Assembly (NCBI GenBank): GCA_965205605.1 | Contig: CBDBHE010000001.1 | Span: forward strand, 31,384 to 95,383 | Origin: Spirochaetota bacterium | GTDB taxonomy: Bacteria; Spirochaetota; UBA12135; COTS27; CBDBHE01 | Direction of reading: 5' to 3' | DNA length: 64,000 bases | In this document: piece after piece, positions 1 to 10,818 of the stretch | Position numbering within the stretch: position 1 is the first letter of the stretch | Layout: every line of letters starts with the position of its first letter | Made by a program: the position numbers and the translations under genes | The notes under the pieces: generated by a model | Database searches by the model: none | The model's input: the letters and a program-made list of their open reading frames with translations, nothing else | Told to the model about the DNA's origin: nothing

Positions 1-1
1 T

Positions 2-1918
2 GGAGACATCGATTTTATCTTAGAAATTGAGATCCCTTCTAATCGAATAGATTGTTTCAGTACAATTGGTATTGCCAGAGAAATTGAAATTTTTACAGAA
101 AAAAAATTTTTTTTTAAAGAACAAGATTATTCACCTAAACTTTCTAATATCAATATTCAAATTGAAAATCGAGATAAATGTTACCGCTATAGTACAAAAG
201 TTATTGGAAAAATTACTATTACTTCTTCCCCGACTTGGTTAAAAAGAAAACTTTATCATCTTGGTATTAGAAGTATTAATAATATTGTTGATATTACAAA
301 TTATATTATGCTTGATTATGGTCAGCCTATGCATGCTTTTGATCTTGATAAAATTCAAGGAAAACAAATTAAAGTACGATTAGCAAAAAAAAATGAAAAA
401 TTAAAAATCCTAACAGGAGAAACCATTACATTAACAGAAGATGATTTAGTCATTGCTGATGAAAAAAAAACAATTGCTTTAGCTGGTATTATCGGAGGTT
501 TAGAAAGTAGTGTCCACTCAACAACTTATTCTATTTTATTAGAATCAGCTCACTTTGAAAAAAAAAACATCAAAAAAAGCTCTAAATATCATAAATTAAA
601 AACAGAAGCTTCTCTTAGATTTGAAAAAGCTATTGATATTGAAATGACTTTTAAAGCTTTAGAAGCAGCTGTTAAATTAATACTAAAAACTGTTCCCGGA
701 TCGATGAGCGAAGGAATTAACGATGTTTATTTTAAAAAAAATAAAGAAAAAACAATTCTATTTCCCATCAATGAAATTAAAAAAAAATTATCAATTGATT
801 TAACAAAGCAACAAATCTTAGATTATTTTTATCAATTAGGTTTTAAACCTATCTATAGTGACAATGAAAAAATAAAATTAAAAATACCAAAACATCGTTT
901 TGATATTCAGCATGAGTGGGATTTGATTGAAGAAATAGCAAGAATTTATGGGTATGATAATTTACCAGAAATTATGCCTGCTTTTTCAAATTCCTCTTTA
1001 TCAATTAGCGACCAAAGACAACCTTTATATCACCAATTAGCTCAATCTTTAGGGTATCATCAAATGATTAATTTTTCTTTTTTAGAAAAAAAATACATCC
1101 AATCCTTAAATTTTTCTAAAGAAAAACACATCTTGCTTTCAAATCCCATTTCTCCTGAATTTGCTTATCTTCGAAAAGATATGGTTTTTGGATTACTTAA
1201 AAATATTCAATTTAATTTAGAGAGAAAAAATAGTTTATTTAATAAAATATATGAGTATGGAAATGTTTTTTCTAAAGAAAAAAATCAGTTTCTTGAAAAA
1301 AAAACAATCGGTTTTTTAGGACATCAAAATATCGAAGAAACTAATTGGATTAATAAAGAAAGAAAATTTGATTTTTATGACTTAAAAGGAGACATTGAAC
1401 AGCTAATTAAAAAATTAGTCTCTAAGTCACCTACTTTTAAAAAAATAAAAAATGCTCTATTCATTCAAGAAGCTTCTGCAGGAATATTTGTTAAAGACCA
1501 GCAAATCGGTCAAATTGGCATTATTTTAAATGATTTATTAAAATACTTTAACATCAAAGAAAGTAAGGCAATTTTTTATGCTGATATTAATATTAGTTTA
1601 CTAGAAAAAATAGGCACACACACACATAATTATCAAAAAACCTCTATTTACCCTTCTATTTATCGAGATTTAGCTATCATTGTTGAAAAAAACATTGCAA
1701 TTAACAACATTATAAACTTAATAAAAAGCACACACTCTTTTATTAAAAGAATAAGCTTGACAGACATTTATTCAGGGGATAAAATAAAAGAAAATAAACA
1801 ATCAATTGTTTTTAATATAGAAATCTGTTCTGATAAAAAAACACTACAAAAAAATGAAGCTGATTCAATTATAAATCAAGTGGTAAAACAACTTGAAAAA
1901 AAATTAATTTTGAATTAA
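2..1918 (+). CDS. pheT: Phenylalanine--tRNA ligase beta subunit (5' end outside window)
   Basis: Frame open from position 2 (EIEIPSNRIDCFSTIGIARE...NNIVDITNYIMLDYGQPMHAFD); RFDIQHEWDLIEEIARIYGY motif; C-terminal anticodon-binding domain (YPSIYRDLA). Confidence 0.97.
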   Translation, partial: GDIDFILEIEIPSNRIDCFSTIGIAREIEIFTEKKFFFKEQDYSPKLSNINIQIENRDKCYRYSTKVIGKITITSSPTWLKRKLYHLGIRSINNIVDITNYIMLDYGQPMHAFDLDKIQGKQIKVRLAKKNEKLKILTGETITLTEDDLVIADEKKTIALAGIIGGLESSVHSTTYSILLESAHFEKKNIKKSSKYHKLKTEASLRFEKAIDIEMTFKALEAAVKLILKTVPGSMSEGINDVYFKKNKEKTILFPINEIKKKLSIDLTKQQILDYFYQLGFKPIYSDNEKIKLKIPKHRFDIQHEWDLIEEIARIYGYDNLPEIMPAFSNSSLSISDQRQPLYHQLAQSLGYHQMINFSFLEKKYIQSLNFSKEKHILLSNPISPEFAYLRKDMVFGLLKNIQFNLERKNSLFNKIYEYGNVFSKEKNQFLEKKTIGFLGHQNIEETNWINKERKFDFYDLKGDIEQLIKKLVSKSPTFKKIKNALFIQEASAGIFVKDQQIGQIGIILNDLLKYFNIKESKAIFYADINISLLEKIGTHTHNYQKTSIYPSIYRDLAIIVEKNIAINNIINLIKSTHSFIKRISLTDIYSGDKIKENKQSIVFNIEICSDKKTLQKNEADSIINQVVKQLEKKLILN

Positions 1919-1929
1919 GATAATAGTAA

Positions 1930-2328
1930 ATGATAGATAAAAAATTAATAGAAGAAATTAAAACTTCCATTTTAAACTTAAAAAAAGAAAAAAAATTTTT
2001 TGAACAACAATTAAAAGAAAGAAAAGAAGAAAAACATTCCAAATTAGAAGAACTTGAAAAACAATGCCAGCAACATAAAGAAGAAAATAAAAAACTAAAA
2101 AATGAAATTATAACGATTAAAAATCTTTTAAAATCAGAACAAGACACAATATTAAACAAAGCCTCTCCTATTATTGAAAAAAAAACAAATCAAAAAGAAG
2201 AAACCTTACAAGTAAATAACACAAATAATCAAGAAAAAATAAAAGAAAAAATCGCAGCAGAAGACCCTTTTTCAGATGAAGAAGGAATGGAAGATGATAA
2301 TGATTTTTTTAAAAATTTTAAAGAATAA
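1930..2328 (+). CDS. Coiled-coil protein, ZapB-like, with acidic tail
   Basis: K/E/L-rich heptad sequence between pheT and zapA, the usual ZapB position. Confidence 0.5.
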   Translation: MIDKKLIEEIKTSILNLKKEKKFFEQQLKERKEEKHSKLEELEKQCQQHKEENKKLKNEIITIKNLLKSEQDTILNKASPIIEKKTNQKEETLQVNNTNNQEKIKEKIAAEDPFSDEEGMEDDNDFFKNFKE

Positions 2329-2348
2329 ATAAAATTTTATTGGTATGA

Positions 2349-2627
2349 ATGAGCGAAGATGTTATTAAAGTTTTAATCGCTAACATAGAATATAAAATTA
2401 AACTTGGAGAACAAGATCCAAATTATATTAAGCAATTAGCGACATATGTTGATCTTAAAATTTTAGAATTACAAAAGTTATACCCTTCTCTTAGTTTTCA
2501 AAAACTTCTTATTTTAGCTTGTTTAAACATCACAGAAGATTTTTTTGAAGCTAAAAATCAAAAAAACAATAAAAATTATTTTCAAAAACAATTTCTTGAA
2601 ATTAAAGAAATCTTAGATTTAGAATAA
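2349..2627 (+). CDS. zapA: Cell division protein ZapA
   Basis: 92 aa, IKVLIANIEYKI...LATYVDLKI...LILACLNITEDF; pheT-linked. Confidence 0.85.
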   Translation: MSEDVIKVLIANIEYKIKLGEQDPNYIKQLATYVDLKILELQKLYPSLSFQKLLILACLNITEDFFEAKNQKNNKNYFQKQFLEIKEILDLE

Positions 2628-2630
2628 ATT

Positions 2631-3398
2631 TTATTTCATTTTAAAAACAACTTCATAAATATAAGGCCATTTTTTTCCTGTAATATAAAAAGAATTTTTT
2701 GTTAAATTATAAGCAATCCCATTTAAAACATTTTCTCGATGATTTTTAAAACCAGATTTCAAAACCAAAGAAGAACAATCTATTTTCGCAATTAATTTTT
2801 TTCTTTTCACATCAATTTTAGCAATCCAAGACTCTTGCCAAATATTAGCATAAATAAAACCACCTACATATTCTAATTCATTAATTCTCTGTAGCACTTG
2901 ATGATTATAAAAAATAGCAATTCTTCTGGAAATCTTAAAATTTTTTAAATCTCTAAAAAACAAATAATGACTCCCATCACTCATAATCCATTCATTAGCT
3001 CCAAGCGTTAATCCCCAACCTTCTTTATTATAAGAGATTGTTTTTAAAAAAGAAAAATCACTTAACCGGTAAACAAAACCTTTTTTAGACTTCCAAGTTA
3101 ATTGAACAATTTTTTCATCTAAAATAGCCAACCCTTCACAAAAGTATTGATCATTAACATAACCAATTTTTAAAACTTTACCATTACTTGGATCAATTTT
3201 TTTAAGACTAGATTCCCCATAAAGTCCTGTGCTTTCATAAAGAAACCCTTTATCAAAAACAAGACCTTGTGTAAAATTAGGAGAATAATGAGGTATTTTT
3301 TTAATAACAATCGCTTGATACTCTTTTAAACCAAAAAGAAATGAAATTTTTAATAATAATAAAAAAGAAAAAACACACTTATTAAATATAATTTTCAT
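2631..3398 (-). CDS. Glutaminyl-peptide cyclotransferase (type I QC), secreted
   Basis: FTQGL, LYESTGLYG, FCEGL, QLTW, EGWGL, SDGS, INELE, ANIW, VLNGIAY, TGKKWP motifs; signal peptide. Confidence 0.92.
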   Translation of the reverse strand: MKIIFNKCVFSFLLLLKISFLFGLKEYQAIVIKKIPHYSPNFTQGLVFDKGFLYESTGLYGESSLKKIDPSNGKVLKIGYVNDQYFCEGLAILDEKIVQLTWKSKKGFVYRLSDFSFLKTISYNKEGWGLTLGANEWIMSDGSHYLFFRDLKNFKISRRIAIFYNHQVLQRINELEYVGGFIYANIWQESWIAKIDVKRKKLIAKIDCSSLVLKSGFKNHRENVLNGIAYNLTKNSFYITGKKWPYIYEVVFKMK

Positions 3399-3477
3399 TT
3401 TTTAGGTTAAAAAAAATGATCTCAAAAAGAAATAAAAATTAGAGAAGGCGGTTAAAAATATTAACTTGAAGAAAAAA

Positions 3478-4662
3478 TTATTTATTTCTATATAAATCGC
3501 GAATTTTATTTAAATCTACAATATGATATATATTATTAATTTTCATTACCAATGTATTGCCATTACCTGATAAAAACGGATCTTTGATATCAACACTTTT
3601 TTCCATAAAAAAGTAGCGTTTCTTCTCATTTAAATCAATAACAACCACTCTAAAATCTGACCACTTTGGATTCGAAGCATATGAAATCACCTTTCCATCT
3701 AAAGAGATGTTAGCTCCTTTATCATTGGATTTGACGTCTTTTGTTAAATTACAAAAAAATTTTTCCTTAGGTTTATATAAAAATATATCATATGTTTTTT
3801 CTTTATTTCGATTTGATTCAAAAACAATATTACTTCCATCAGCATTAATTTGAGGGTTTTTATCTTCCCTTTGATTATCTGAAACATTATAAATGATTTT
3901 ATTTCTTAAATCAGAATAAAAAATTTCTGAATCAGCTTTTCCAAAAATTTCTTTTGATTCAAAAACAATGTGATTTCCATCAGATGAAATCTCTGGATTA
4001 GATGAATGGTTCCAATAATAAGAAGGAGAAATTTCTTTACCTGTACTAAAATCTCTAATATAAACCATAATACGCCCTTCATCTTTGTCAGAAACATAAG
4101 CAATTTTATTAGCATTTCGATCAATACTAGGGTCTAGATTTTCACTTAAATTATCAATTGCCTGATTAATGTAAGTAGTTGTACTTTGATTTTTTAAAAT
4201 CACATCTGTGTTAACAAGAAAAATCTCTTTGTTGGTTGCTCGATCTGATACAAACAATATTTTACTACCATCTTCTGTCATTACAGGGTAGCTGTCATTA
4301 CCATAATAAGAAAATTCTTGCATCACACTTTCTTTTTGATTAACAAAAAACACTCTTCTTAACCCTTTATTTTCAAAAGCAACTGCATATTTATTCCCTT
4401 CATCATTCATATCAAAACCAAAAAAAGGTCTATCGGCTGTAATGAAAGTTTGAGCATAATTTGTATAAATTTTTTCATCAATATAGACATCTTGAATATC
4501 TTTTTTAAGATCTTCAAGATAAAACACCTTAGGATAAACTCGTCTTTGAGGCCAAGGGGGGTGAAAAGGAACAGGTGGATCTTCTACATCCGAAAAAACA
4601 AACACAAACGATAAAATTAAAGTTAAAAGTAATAATTTTAAATATTTCATATTATTGATCAA
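3478..4662 (-). CDS. Secreted TolB-like (PD40 repeat) beta-propeller protein
   Basis: Repeated P-x-x-s-x-DG-x-x-I-x-F-x-S-d-R units; signal peptide; likely start is ATG at 4650. Confidence 0.8.
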   Translation of the reverse strand: MINNMKYLKLLLLTLILSFVFVFSDVEDPPVPFHPPWPQRRVYPKVFYLEDLKKDIQDVYIDEKIYTNYAQTFITADRPFFGFDMNDEGNKYAVAFENKGLRRVFFVNQKESVMQEFSYYGNDSYPVMTEDGSKILFVSDRATNKEIFLVNTDVILKNQSTTTYINQAIDNLSENLDPSIDRNANKIAYVSDKDEGRIMVYIRDFSTGKEISPSYYWNHSSNPEISSDGNHIVFESKEIFGKADSEIFYSDLRNKIIYNVSDNQREDKNPQINADGSNIVFESNRNKEKTYDIFLYKPKEKFFCNLTKDVKSNDKGANISLDGKVISYASNPKWSDFRVVVIDLNEKKRYFFMEKSVDIKDPFLSGNGNTLVMKINNIYHIVDLNKIRDLYRNK

Positions 4663-4672
4663 AGGTATTTAA

Positions 4673-4699
4673 TAATCGACACTTGAAAACATAAACTTG
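4673..4699 (-). promoter_or_regulatory. Possible sigma28-like promoter for the TolB-like/QC genes
   Basis: Minus strand CAAG-N15-GTCGATTA resembles TAAA-N15-GCCGATAA. Confidence 0.3.
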
Positions 4700-4778
4700 T
4701 ATTATTTATTAAATTTATTTTTTTTTATTAGATTAAAAATAAATTTAATAAAAGATAATGGTAATATAAAATATTATT

Positions 4779-5819
4779 ATGCAAAAAAGGTTTTTTTGCC
4801 TATTTTTTTTTTTAGGGATTACCTATCAAAAGCCTTATTGTCAAGAAATTCAACCCCCTTTTTTTAAAACAGTTCATCTTAGTAATGAATTCTCTATTAA
4901 TATTTTTTCTGATAACCCTAGTGAAATTTATTACATCTCTAAAATAGATCCTCTTTTTATAAAAATGATTTCAAAAAGCGAAACAAACGAAACCATTTCT
5001 TTTACTTTTATAGCTAATAAAGCTGGCTTAACAGACTTGCACATTAACAAAATTTCTGAGAATATTGAAACTAAATATATACAATATAAAATAGAAATTA
5101 TTAATGTAGAAAAAAAAAAAAAAGAAAACTTGGTTCAACATAGAAAAAGAAAAGAAAAGAAAAGAAGTAGTGATAGAAAAGACTATATCTTTATTATTGA
5201 AAATTACCTTCGAGATGGCTTTTATGAATTAGCCCATCAAGCCTATAATGAAGCAGTAAAAAAAAAGGGTTATGAAAATGAAAACCTCTTTAATATTATA
5301 AAAATAATTAATCCTCATTGGCTTACAGAAAAAAAAAATGAAAAAGCAACTAAAGAAATTAAAATGTTTATAAAAAAAACAAATCCTCAAAAAAAAGAGC
5401 TCATTTTTTTAAATTATCAATTAGCTCTTCATCAAAAAGAGCTCAAAAATTATGATGAAGCTCTCTCTTATTTATATCAAATTAAGAGTACTCATAAAGA
5501 TTCAGACGAATACCCAAAAAGCCTTTTTTTAATTGGAGAAATTGCTTTTTTAAAAAAGCAATATTCTAGTGCTTTAAAAAATTATTATGCTTTCTATAAG
5601 CATCACAAAAACAATAAAGAAAAACATGTTCTTAAAAATTATGATATTTGTCTTTATAAAATAGGGAAAATTTATGAAATGGATACAAAGCTTTTAGATA
5701 TTAAAAAATCTCATTATTACTATTCTCTTTTAATTGAAGAGTGCCCTTTTAGTTATTATTTTCAAAAAGCAAAAGATCGAGTTAATCATTTGGAAAAAAA
5801 TTTCATTAAAGTAGAATGA
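4779..5819 (+). CDS. Exported tetratricopeptide-repeat protein
   Basis: Signal-like N-terminus; TPR-like helices (NYQLALHQKELKNYDEALSYL, SLFLIGEIAFLKKQYSSALKNY, LYKIGKIYE). Confidence 0.7.
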   Translation: MQKRFFCLFFFLGITYQKPYCQEIQPPFFKTVHLSNEFSINIFSDNPSEIYYISKIDPLFIKMISKSETNETISFTFIANKAGLTDLHINKISENIETKYIQYKIEIINVEKKKKENLVQHRKRKEKKRSSDRKDYIFIIENYLRDGFYELAHQAYNEAVKKKGYENENLFNIIKIINPHWLTEKKNEKATKEIKMFIKKTNPQKKELIFLNYQLALHQKELKNYDEALSYLYQIKSTHKDSDEYPKSLFLIGEIAFLKKQYSSALKNYYAFYKHHKNNKEKHVLKNYDICLYKIGKIYEMDTKLLDIKKSHYYYSLLIEECPFSYYFQKAKDRVNHLEKNFIKVE

Positions 5820-6577
5820 AACTAATTTTATTTTTTGTTTTTCTGTTTTTATTTTGTTTAAATTTTCTTTTTTCTCAAAAAATCCATTCTGTTGAAAGCG
5901 GTTTTAAAGAATACATTCCAAAAGCAAATAATCAAATATTAAAAAATATTACTCAAAACAATATTTATGTCATTAATCAAAGCACTCTTTGGAGACAAGA
6001 TAGTGAACCTTTCCCTTTTCTTTTTCCAGGAATACTAATTGAATATTTAGTTCATCAAGATAAAATCAGTTACGGGATTGGCTATGATTATTTTGCAGAT
6101 TTTCATAATTTCTCTTTTAAAGATACCAATCAAAATGAAATCAACCTTAGTAGTAACCTTGTTAATCAATCTATTTATTTAAAAGGGCTCCTTCATTTAA
6201 AAGATCAGTATCGTTTTTCTCCTTTTTTAGGAATTAAAGGAGGTTTAAGCTATAATACAGGTGGGTTTTCTCAATTAATTTCAAGCTCTAATAATACCAC
6301 ATCTCTAAACACCAATATTCCCTTTACCCTTTTTTCCCCAGGAGCTTTTATATCTTTTTTAGCAGGGGTTAAAATTTATTTCTGGCCTAAATTATTTGGT
6401 TTTAGAATGAATATTGAATACATTCTTTCAACACCTTCTTTTTCTTTTTATAAAAATAATATTATTGATACAACAGGAACAATCGTTTCTGAAGATCGTT
6501 CCAGGCAATACCAAATTGATGCTTCGGGTTTAATGATAAACTTTATTTTTTTCGCTCATTTAAAGCCTTTATTTTAA
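5816..6577 (+). CDS. Putative outer-membrane beta-barrel protein
   Basis: Signal peptide, amphipathic beta strands (FSPFLGIKGGLSY, SFLAGVKIYF), C-terminal Phe; ATGA overlap with TPR gene. Confidence 0.55.
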   Translation: MKLILFFVFLFLFCLNFLFSQKIHSVESGFKEYIPKANNQILKNITQNNIYVINQSTLWRQDSEPFPFLFPGILIEYLVHQDKISYGIGYDYFADFHNFSFKDTNQNEINLSSNLVNQSIYLKGLLHLKDQYRFSPFLGIKGGLSYNTGGFSQLISSSNNTTSLNTNIPFTLFSPGAFISFLAGVKIYFWPKLFGFRMNIEYILSTPSFSFYKNNIIDTTGTIVSEDRSRQYQIDASGLMINFIFFAHLKPLF

Positions 6578-7339
6578 ATAATTCAAAACAATCTTTAAAA
6601 AATCTTGCTGTTTTTGATAATGAATCCAATGCCCTGCGCCATCAACTTCAATTAATTTAGAGTTAGGGAATTTTTTTAAAATCAATTGTTTGTCTTCACT
6701 TGTAATATAATGAGAATCACTTCCTTGAATAAAAAGACTTTTTATATTAATTGCATTCTCTGCTAAATTAGGAAAATCCAAAATAGGATTAATTGACTTT
6801 AAAAATAAATTAAGATTACATTTCCAAAAATATTTTTTTTTAGTTCTTCCTAAACCTAAATTCTTAAGTAAAAAAGAACGTAATATTGGATTTGGTATTT
6901 TTTTAGAAAGTAACTTATCAGCTTCTTCTCTATTTTTCAGTTTCGTTATTTCTAAAGAATCAAGACTGACTAAAAGGTCTTGATATTCATTCTCATATTT
7001 TCTTGGGGCAATATCTTCAACAATGATAGTATCCACTTTGTTAGGGAATAAAGTAGCAAACACCATTGCCACTTTTCCTCCCATCGAATGCCCTAAAAGA
7101 ATTGGTTTTTCAATTTTATTTAAATCACAAAACTCTAAAACATCATCCGTCATTGTTTTATAATCCATCTTAGTGTCATGAGGAGAAGCTCCATGATTTC
7201 TAAGATCCACCAAAAAAACCTTATAATATTTTGAAAGCTTAAGTCCAATGGTTTTCATATTACTTCTAGAAGCTAGAAAACCATGTAAAAGAACAATATT
7301 TTTACTACCTAAACCTATTTCTTCAAAAGAAAGTTTCAT
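6569..7339 (-). CDS. Alpha/beta hydrolase (YbfF-like esterase)
   Basis: LLHGFL, DLRNHG, GHSMGG nucleophile elbow, AGHWIH. Confidence 0.9.
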   Translation of the reverse strand: MKLSFEEIGLGSKNIVLLHGFLASRSNMKTIGLKLSKYYKVFLVDLRNHGASPHDTKMDYKTMTDDVLEFCDLNKIEKPILLGHSMGGKVAMVFATLFPNKVDTIIVEDIAPRKYENEYQDLLVSLDSLEITKLKNREEADKLLSKKIPNPILRSFLLKNLGLGRTKKKYFWKCNLNLFLKSINPILDFPNLAENAINIKSLFIQGSDSHYITSEDKQLILKKFPNSKLIEVDGAGHWIHYQKQQDFLKIVLNYLK

Positions 7340-7547
7340 AAAGTTATATTAATTTAAAATTGATTTTAATTAACATCAAGCTAAAATCATATCATTTAGA
7401 AAAAATTATAGTCTATAAACTAATGAATCTTATTTTTAAAAAATAATTTTTATTTTTTAAAGACTTAGATCACATTTTTTAAGATGCTTAAAATAAATGA
7501 TATAATAAAATTTCTTTTATCTTTTACTATACAAGGTTTATAATTCA

Positions 7548-8825
7548 TTGATTACCATAAAAAAGGGCTCTATTTCTCTCACAAACCCAATTGACATCCC
7601 TGGAAGTAAATACCTTGCTAATCGACTTTTAGTTGCTGCATCCATCGCGAATGGGACTTCTTTTCTAAAAAATGTCCCTGAAAATGAAGATATTGAAACC
7701 GCTATCGAAGGGCTCAAACAATTTGGTGTCCAAATAAAAAACAACAATCATATTCTCGAAATCAAAGGCATTAACACAAAACCTCTTATTCCTAAAAAAG
7801 CCATCTATACAAAAGGAAATGGGACTTTTTCTAGATTTGTTGTGACGCTAGCTTGTTTATGTAAAGACAAAGTGGTCATTAAAGGCAATGAAAAAATGTC
7901 TACTAGACCGATGCAATCTATTTTTGAAGCAATTCGTTTACTTGGCGGAAAAGTGGAAAGTACGGGTAATTGTTTACCTGCCACTGTTTTAGGCCCATTA
8001 TTAGGTGGTAACTGTTTCATTAATGGCAGTATTAGTAGTCAGTATATTTCTTCTTTAATTTTATCGGGTGGTTTTGCTAAAAAACCAATTACCATTACAT
8101 TACAAAATAAAGTAATCTCTAAAAAATATATCGACATGACCATTCAAATCACTAAAATGTTTGGTGGAAAGATTAGAAATGAATCTTATCAAAAAATCAC
8201 GATTAAACCTATTGAAAAATACCAAGCTCAACAGTTAACTCTTGAACCAGATCCCGTTTCAGCTTCTTATTTTCTTGCCCTTGGAGCCATTCTAGGAAAA
8301 AAAGTCACTATTAGAGGTTACAATATTCACTCTTACCAAGGAGAAGCTAAGTTTCCAACGCTATTAGAAAAAATGGGTTGTCAGTGGAATCTTTCAAAAG
8401 AAGATCTATTTGTAAACAGAGACCCACGCATCCCTTTAAAAGGCATTGAAGTCGACATGGGTGATATGCCTGATGTAGTTCAAACATTGATGGTTTGTGC
8501 TGTATTTGCAAAAGGAAAAACATTGATTAAAAACATTGGTCATTTGAAATACAAAGAATCCAATCGAATTGAAGAAACAGCTGAGGAATTTTTGAAACTA
8601 GGGATTAAAGTTAAATATAATGCTGATTCAATGCTAATTGAAGGTGGCTTCTTTTATTCTGGGGTTATTAATCCAAGAAACGATCACCGCACCGCCATGA
8701 GTTTATCGTTATTAGCTTTAGGATGTGATAATATCAAAATAGAAAATGAAACTTGTATTAATAAATCTTTTCCAAATTACTGGAAAAAATTATCAAGTTT
8801 AGGGTTTATTATTGATGAAAACTAA
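7548..8825 (+). CDS. aroA: 3-phosphoshikimate 1-carboxyvinyltransferase (EPSP synthase)
   Basis: PGSKYLANR, GNGTFSRF, SSQYISSL, KESNRI, DHRTAM, KSFPNYW. Confidence 0.95.
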   Translation: MITIKKGSISLTNPIDIPGSKYLANRLLVAASIANGTSFLKNVPENEDIETAIEGLKQFGVQIKNNNHILEIKGINTKPLIPKKAIYTKGNGTFSRFVVTLACLCKDKVVIKGNEKMSTRPMQSIFEAIRLLGGKVESTGNCLPATVLGPLLGGNCFINGSISSQYISSLILSGGFAKKPITITLQNKVISKKYIDMTIQITKMFGGKIRNESYQKITIKPIEKYQAQQLTLEPDPVSASYFLALGAILGKKVTIRGYNIHSYQGEAKFPTLLEKMGCQWNLSKEDLFVNRDPRIPLKGIEVDMGDMPDVVQTLMVCAVFAKGKTLIKNIGHLKYKESNRIEETAEEFLKLGIKVKYNADSMLIEGGFFYSGVINPRNDHRTAMSLSLLALGCDNIKIENETCINKSFPNYWKKLSSLGFIIDEN

Positions 8826-9357
8826 TCTTGTTTTAATTGGGTTTAGAGGAGTTGGCAAAAGTACAATTGGCAAAAAAATTGCTCCAAAGCTAAACTTAAA
8901 ATTTGTAAGTATTGATAAAATGATCACTCAAAAAATAAAAATGCCCATTGATCAATTTATTAACAAAAAATCTTGGAACGACTTTAGAAACATCGAATCA
9001 AACCTTTGTTTAACACTTGAAAATAAAAATCATACCCTCATTGACTGCGGGGGAGGAATTGTAGAAAGAGGCAACAATATGACTTCTCTTAAAACAAAAG
9101 GATTAATTTTTTACTTATACGCTTCTTTAAAAACCATTTTAAAAAGAATTGAAAAAACCTCTTCAAGACCTCACCTTTTGAATCCAACCATCACCTTCAA
9201 AAAAGAATGTAAAATTATTTATCAAAAAAGACATCCTCTATATCAAAAATATAGTGACATGAAAATTAATATTGATGATGAAAACATTTTAACTTGCTGT
9301 GAAAAAGTAATACAATACTATAATAATCATTTAGGGACTAACGATGCCAGGAGATAG
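8812..9357 (+). CDS. aroK: Shikimate kinase
   Basis: [12 protein letters not shown]-loop, FRNIE, CGGGIV, RPHL. Confidence 0.93.
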   Translation: MMKTNLVLIGFRGVGKSTIGKKIAPKLNLKFVSIDKMITQKIKMPIDQFINKKSWNDFRNIESNLCLTLENKNHTLIDCGGGIVERGNNMTSLKTKGLIFYLYASLKTILKRIEKTSSRPHLLNPTITFKKECKIIYQKRHPLYQKYSDMKINIDDENILTCCEKVIQYYNNHLGTNDARR

Positions 9358-10432
9358 TTATGGTTTAGTATTTCGAGTCCATAACTGGGGTGAATCTCAT
9401 GGAAAAGCCATTGGAATTATGGTCGAGGGGTGTCCTTCTAGGATTCCTCTTCAAGAAAATGATATTCAAAAAGATTTAAATAGAAGAAGACCTGGACAAA
9501 GCTCTATTACAACAGCAAGAAATGAAAAAGATATCGTTGAAATTTTATCGGGAACCGTTGATGGAAAAACAACCGGTAGCCCTATTATGCTTTTAATTGC
9601 TAATGAAGATCAACGATCAAAAGATTACAATCGTTTAAAAAAACTTTTTCGACCCAGTCATGCTGATTTTACTTATGAGAAAAAATATGGCATTAGAAAC
9701 GTTTCTGGGGGAGGAAGAAGTTCTGCTAGGGTGCTAGCAGGGAATGTAGCTGCTGGAGCAATTGCTAAAAAAATTTTAAAAGAAAATACCAAAATAGAAA
9801 TTACAGCTTATGTTAAATCTATTAAAAATCTTGTTTGTCAACTTCCCATAGAAAAGATCAAACCTAAAGACATTGAAAAAAATATTGTTAGATGTCCCGA
9901 GCAAAAAATCGCTCAACAAATGATTAAACTAATTGAAAAAACAAAACAAGAAGGAGATTCTCTTGGAGGGACTATCGAGTGTTTTGTTAAAAATTGCCCT
10001 ATCGGATTAGGAGAACCAATATACGATAAATTAGAAGCAGATTTAGCCAAAGCTTGTCTTTCTATTAATGCTTGTAAAGGCTTTCAAATTGGTTCTGGAT
10101 TTTCTGGAACAACTCTTTTAGGGAGTGAGCATAATGATTTATTTGTTATTTCTAATAAAAAAATTAAAACAAAAACTAACTATTCAGGTGGCATTCAAGG
10201 AGGAATTTCCAATGGAATGAACATTGTTTTTAAAACAGCTTTTAAGCCTACCGCAACAATTTTAAAAAAGCAAAAAACCATTACAAAAGATCATAAATTA
10301 ATTTCTTATCAAGCCGAAGGGAGGCACGATCCTTGTGTTTTACCAAGGGCAGTCCCTATTATTGAAGCAATGACAGCAATCGTTTTGTGCGATCATTACT
10401 TGCGATATCTTTCTTACTATAAAAAATTTTAG
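9344..10432 (+). CDS. aroC: Chorismate synthase
   Basis: [33 protein letters not shown]. Confidence 0.97.
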   Translation: MPGDSYGLVFRVHNWGESHGKAIGIMVEGCPSRIPLQENDIQKDLNRRRPGQSSITTARNEKDIVEILSGTVDGKTTGSPIMLLIANEDQRSKDYNRLKKLFRPSHADFTYEKKYGIRNVSGGGRSSARVLAGNVAAGAIAKKILKENTKIEITAYVKSIKNLVCQLPIEKIKPKDIEKNIVRCPEQKIAQQMIKLIEKTKQEGDSLGGTIECFVKNCPIGLGEPIYDKLEADLAKACLSINACKGFQIGSGFSGTTLLGSEHNDLFVISNKKIKTKTNYSGGIQGGISNGMNIVFKTAFKPTATILKKQKTITKDHKLISYQAEGRHDPCVLPRAVPIIEAMTAIVLCDHYLRYLSYYKKF

Positions 10433-10463
10433 AAACACCCTTCACTTTATTAATCTCAAAAAT

Positions 10464-10492
10464 TTGACAAATTATTTACAATAAGATATAGT
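10464..10492 (+). promoter_or_regulatory. Sigma70 promoter of rpmE2
   Basis: TTGACA (10464-10469)-N17-TATAGT (10487-10492). Confidence 0.75.
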
Positions 10493-10500
10493 AGTACTTC

Positions 10501-10743
10501 ATGAAAAAAGAAGGTCACCCAACTTATCAAAAAGTGCTTTTTGAAGACACTTCGTGTGGAGATTTTTTTTTAATTGATTCTACTTTAACCTCAGGAAAAA
10601 CCCTTAAATGGGAAGATGGTAACACATACCCTCATATAAAAATAGAAGTCAGTTCAAAGTCTCATCCTTTTTATACAGGCTCTGATCGAATTGTAGATAC
10701 AGAGGGACGCGTAGAAAAATTTAAAAAGAAATTCAAATTATAA
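10501..10743 (+). CDS. rpmE2: 50S ribosomal protein L31 type B
   Basis: MKKEGHPTY...[12 protein letters not shown]...[12 protein letters not shown]; 80 aa, no CxxC zinc motifs. Confidence 0.95.
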   Translation: MKKEGHPTYQKVLFEDTSCGDFFLIDSTLTSGKTLKWEDGNTYPHIKIEVSSKSHPFYTGSDRIVDTEGRVEKFKKKFKL

Positions 10744-10818
10744 ATAAAAGCAAACCTAAATCTGACTCAATTGCTTTTAAACAAAGCAGCCATTAATCTA
10801 AATTAATTTAACTTATAT

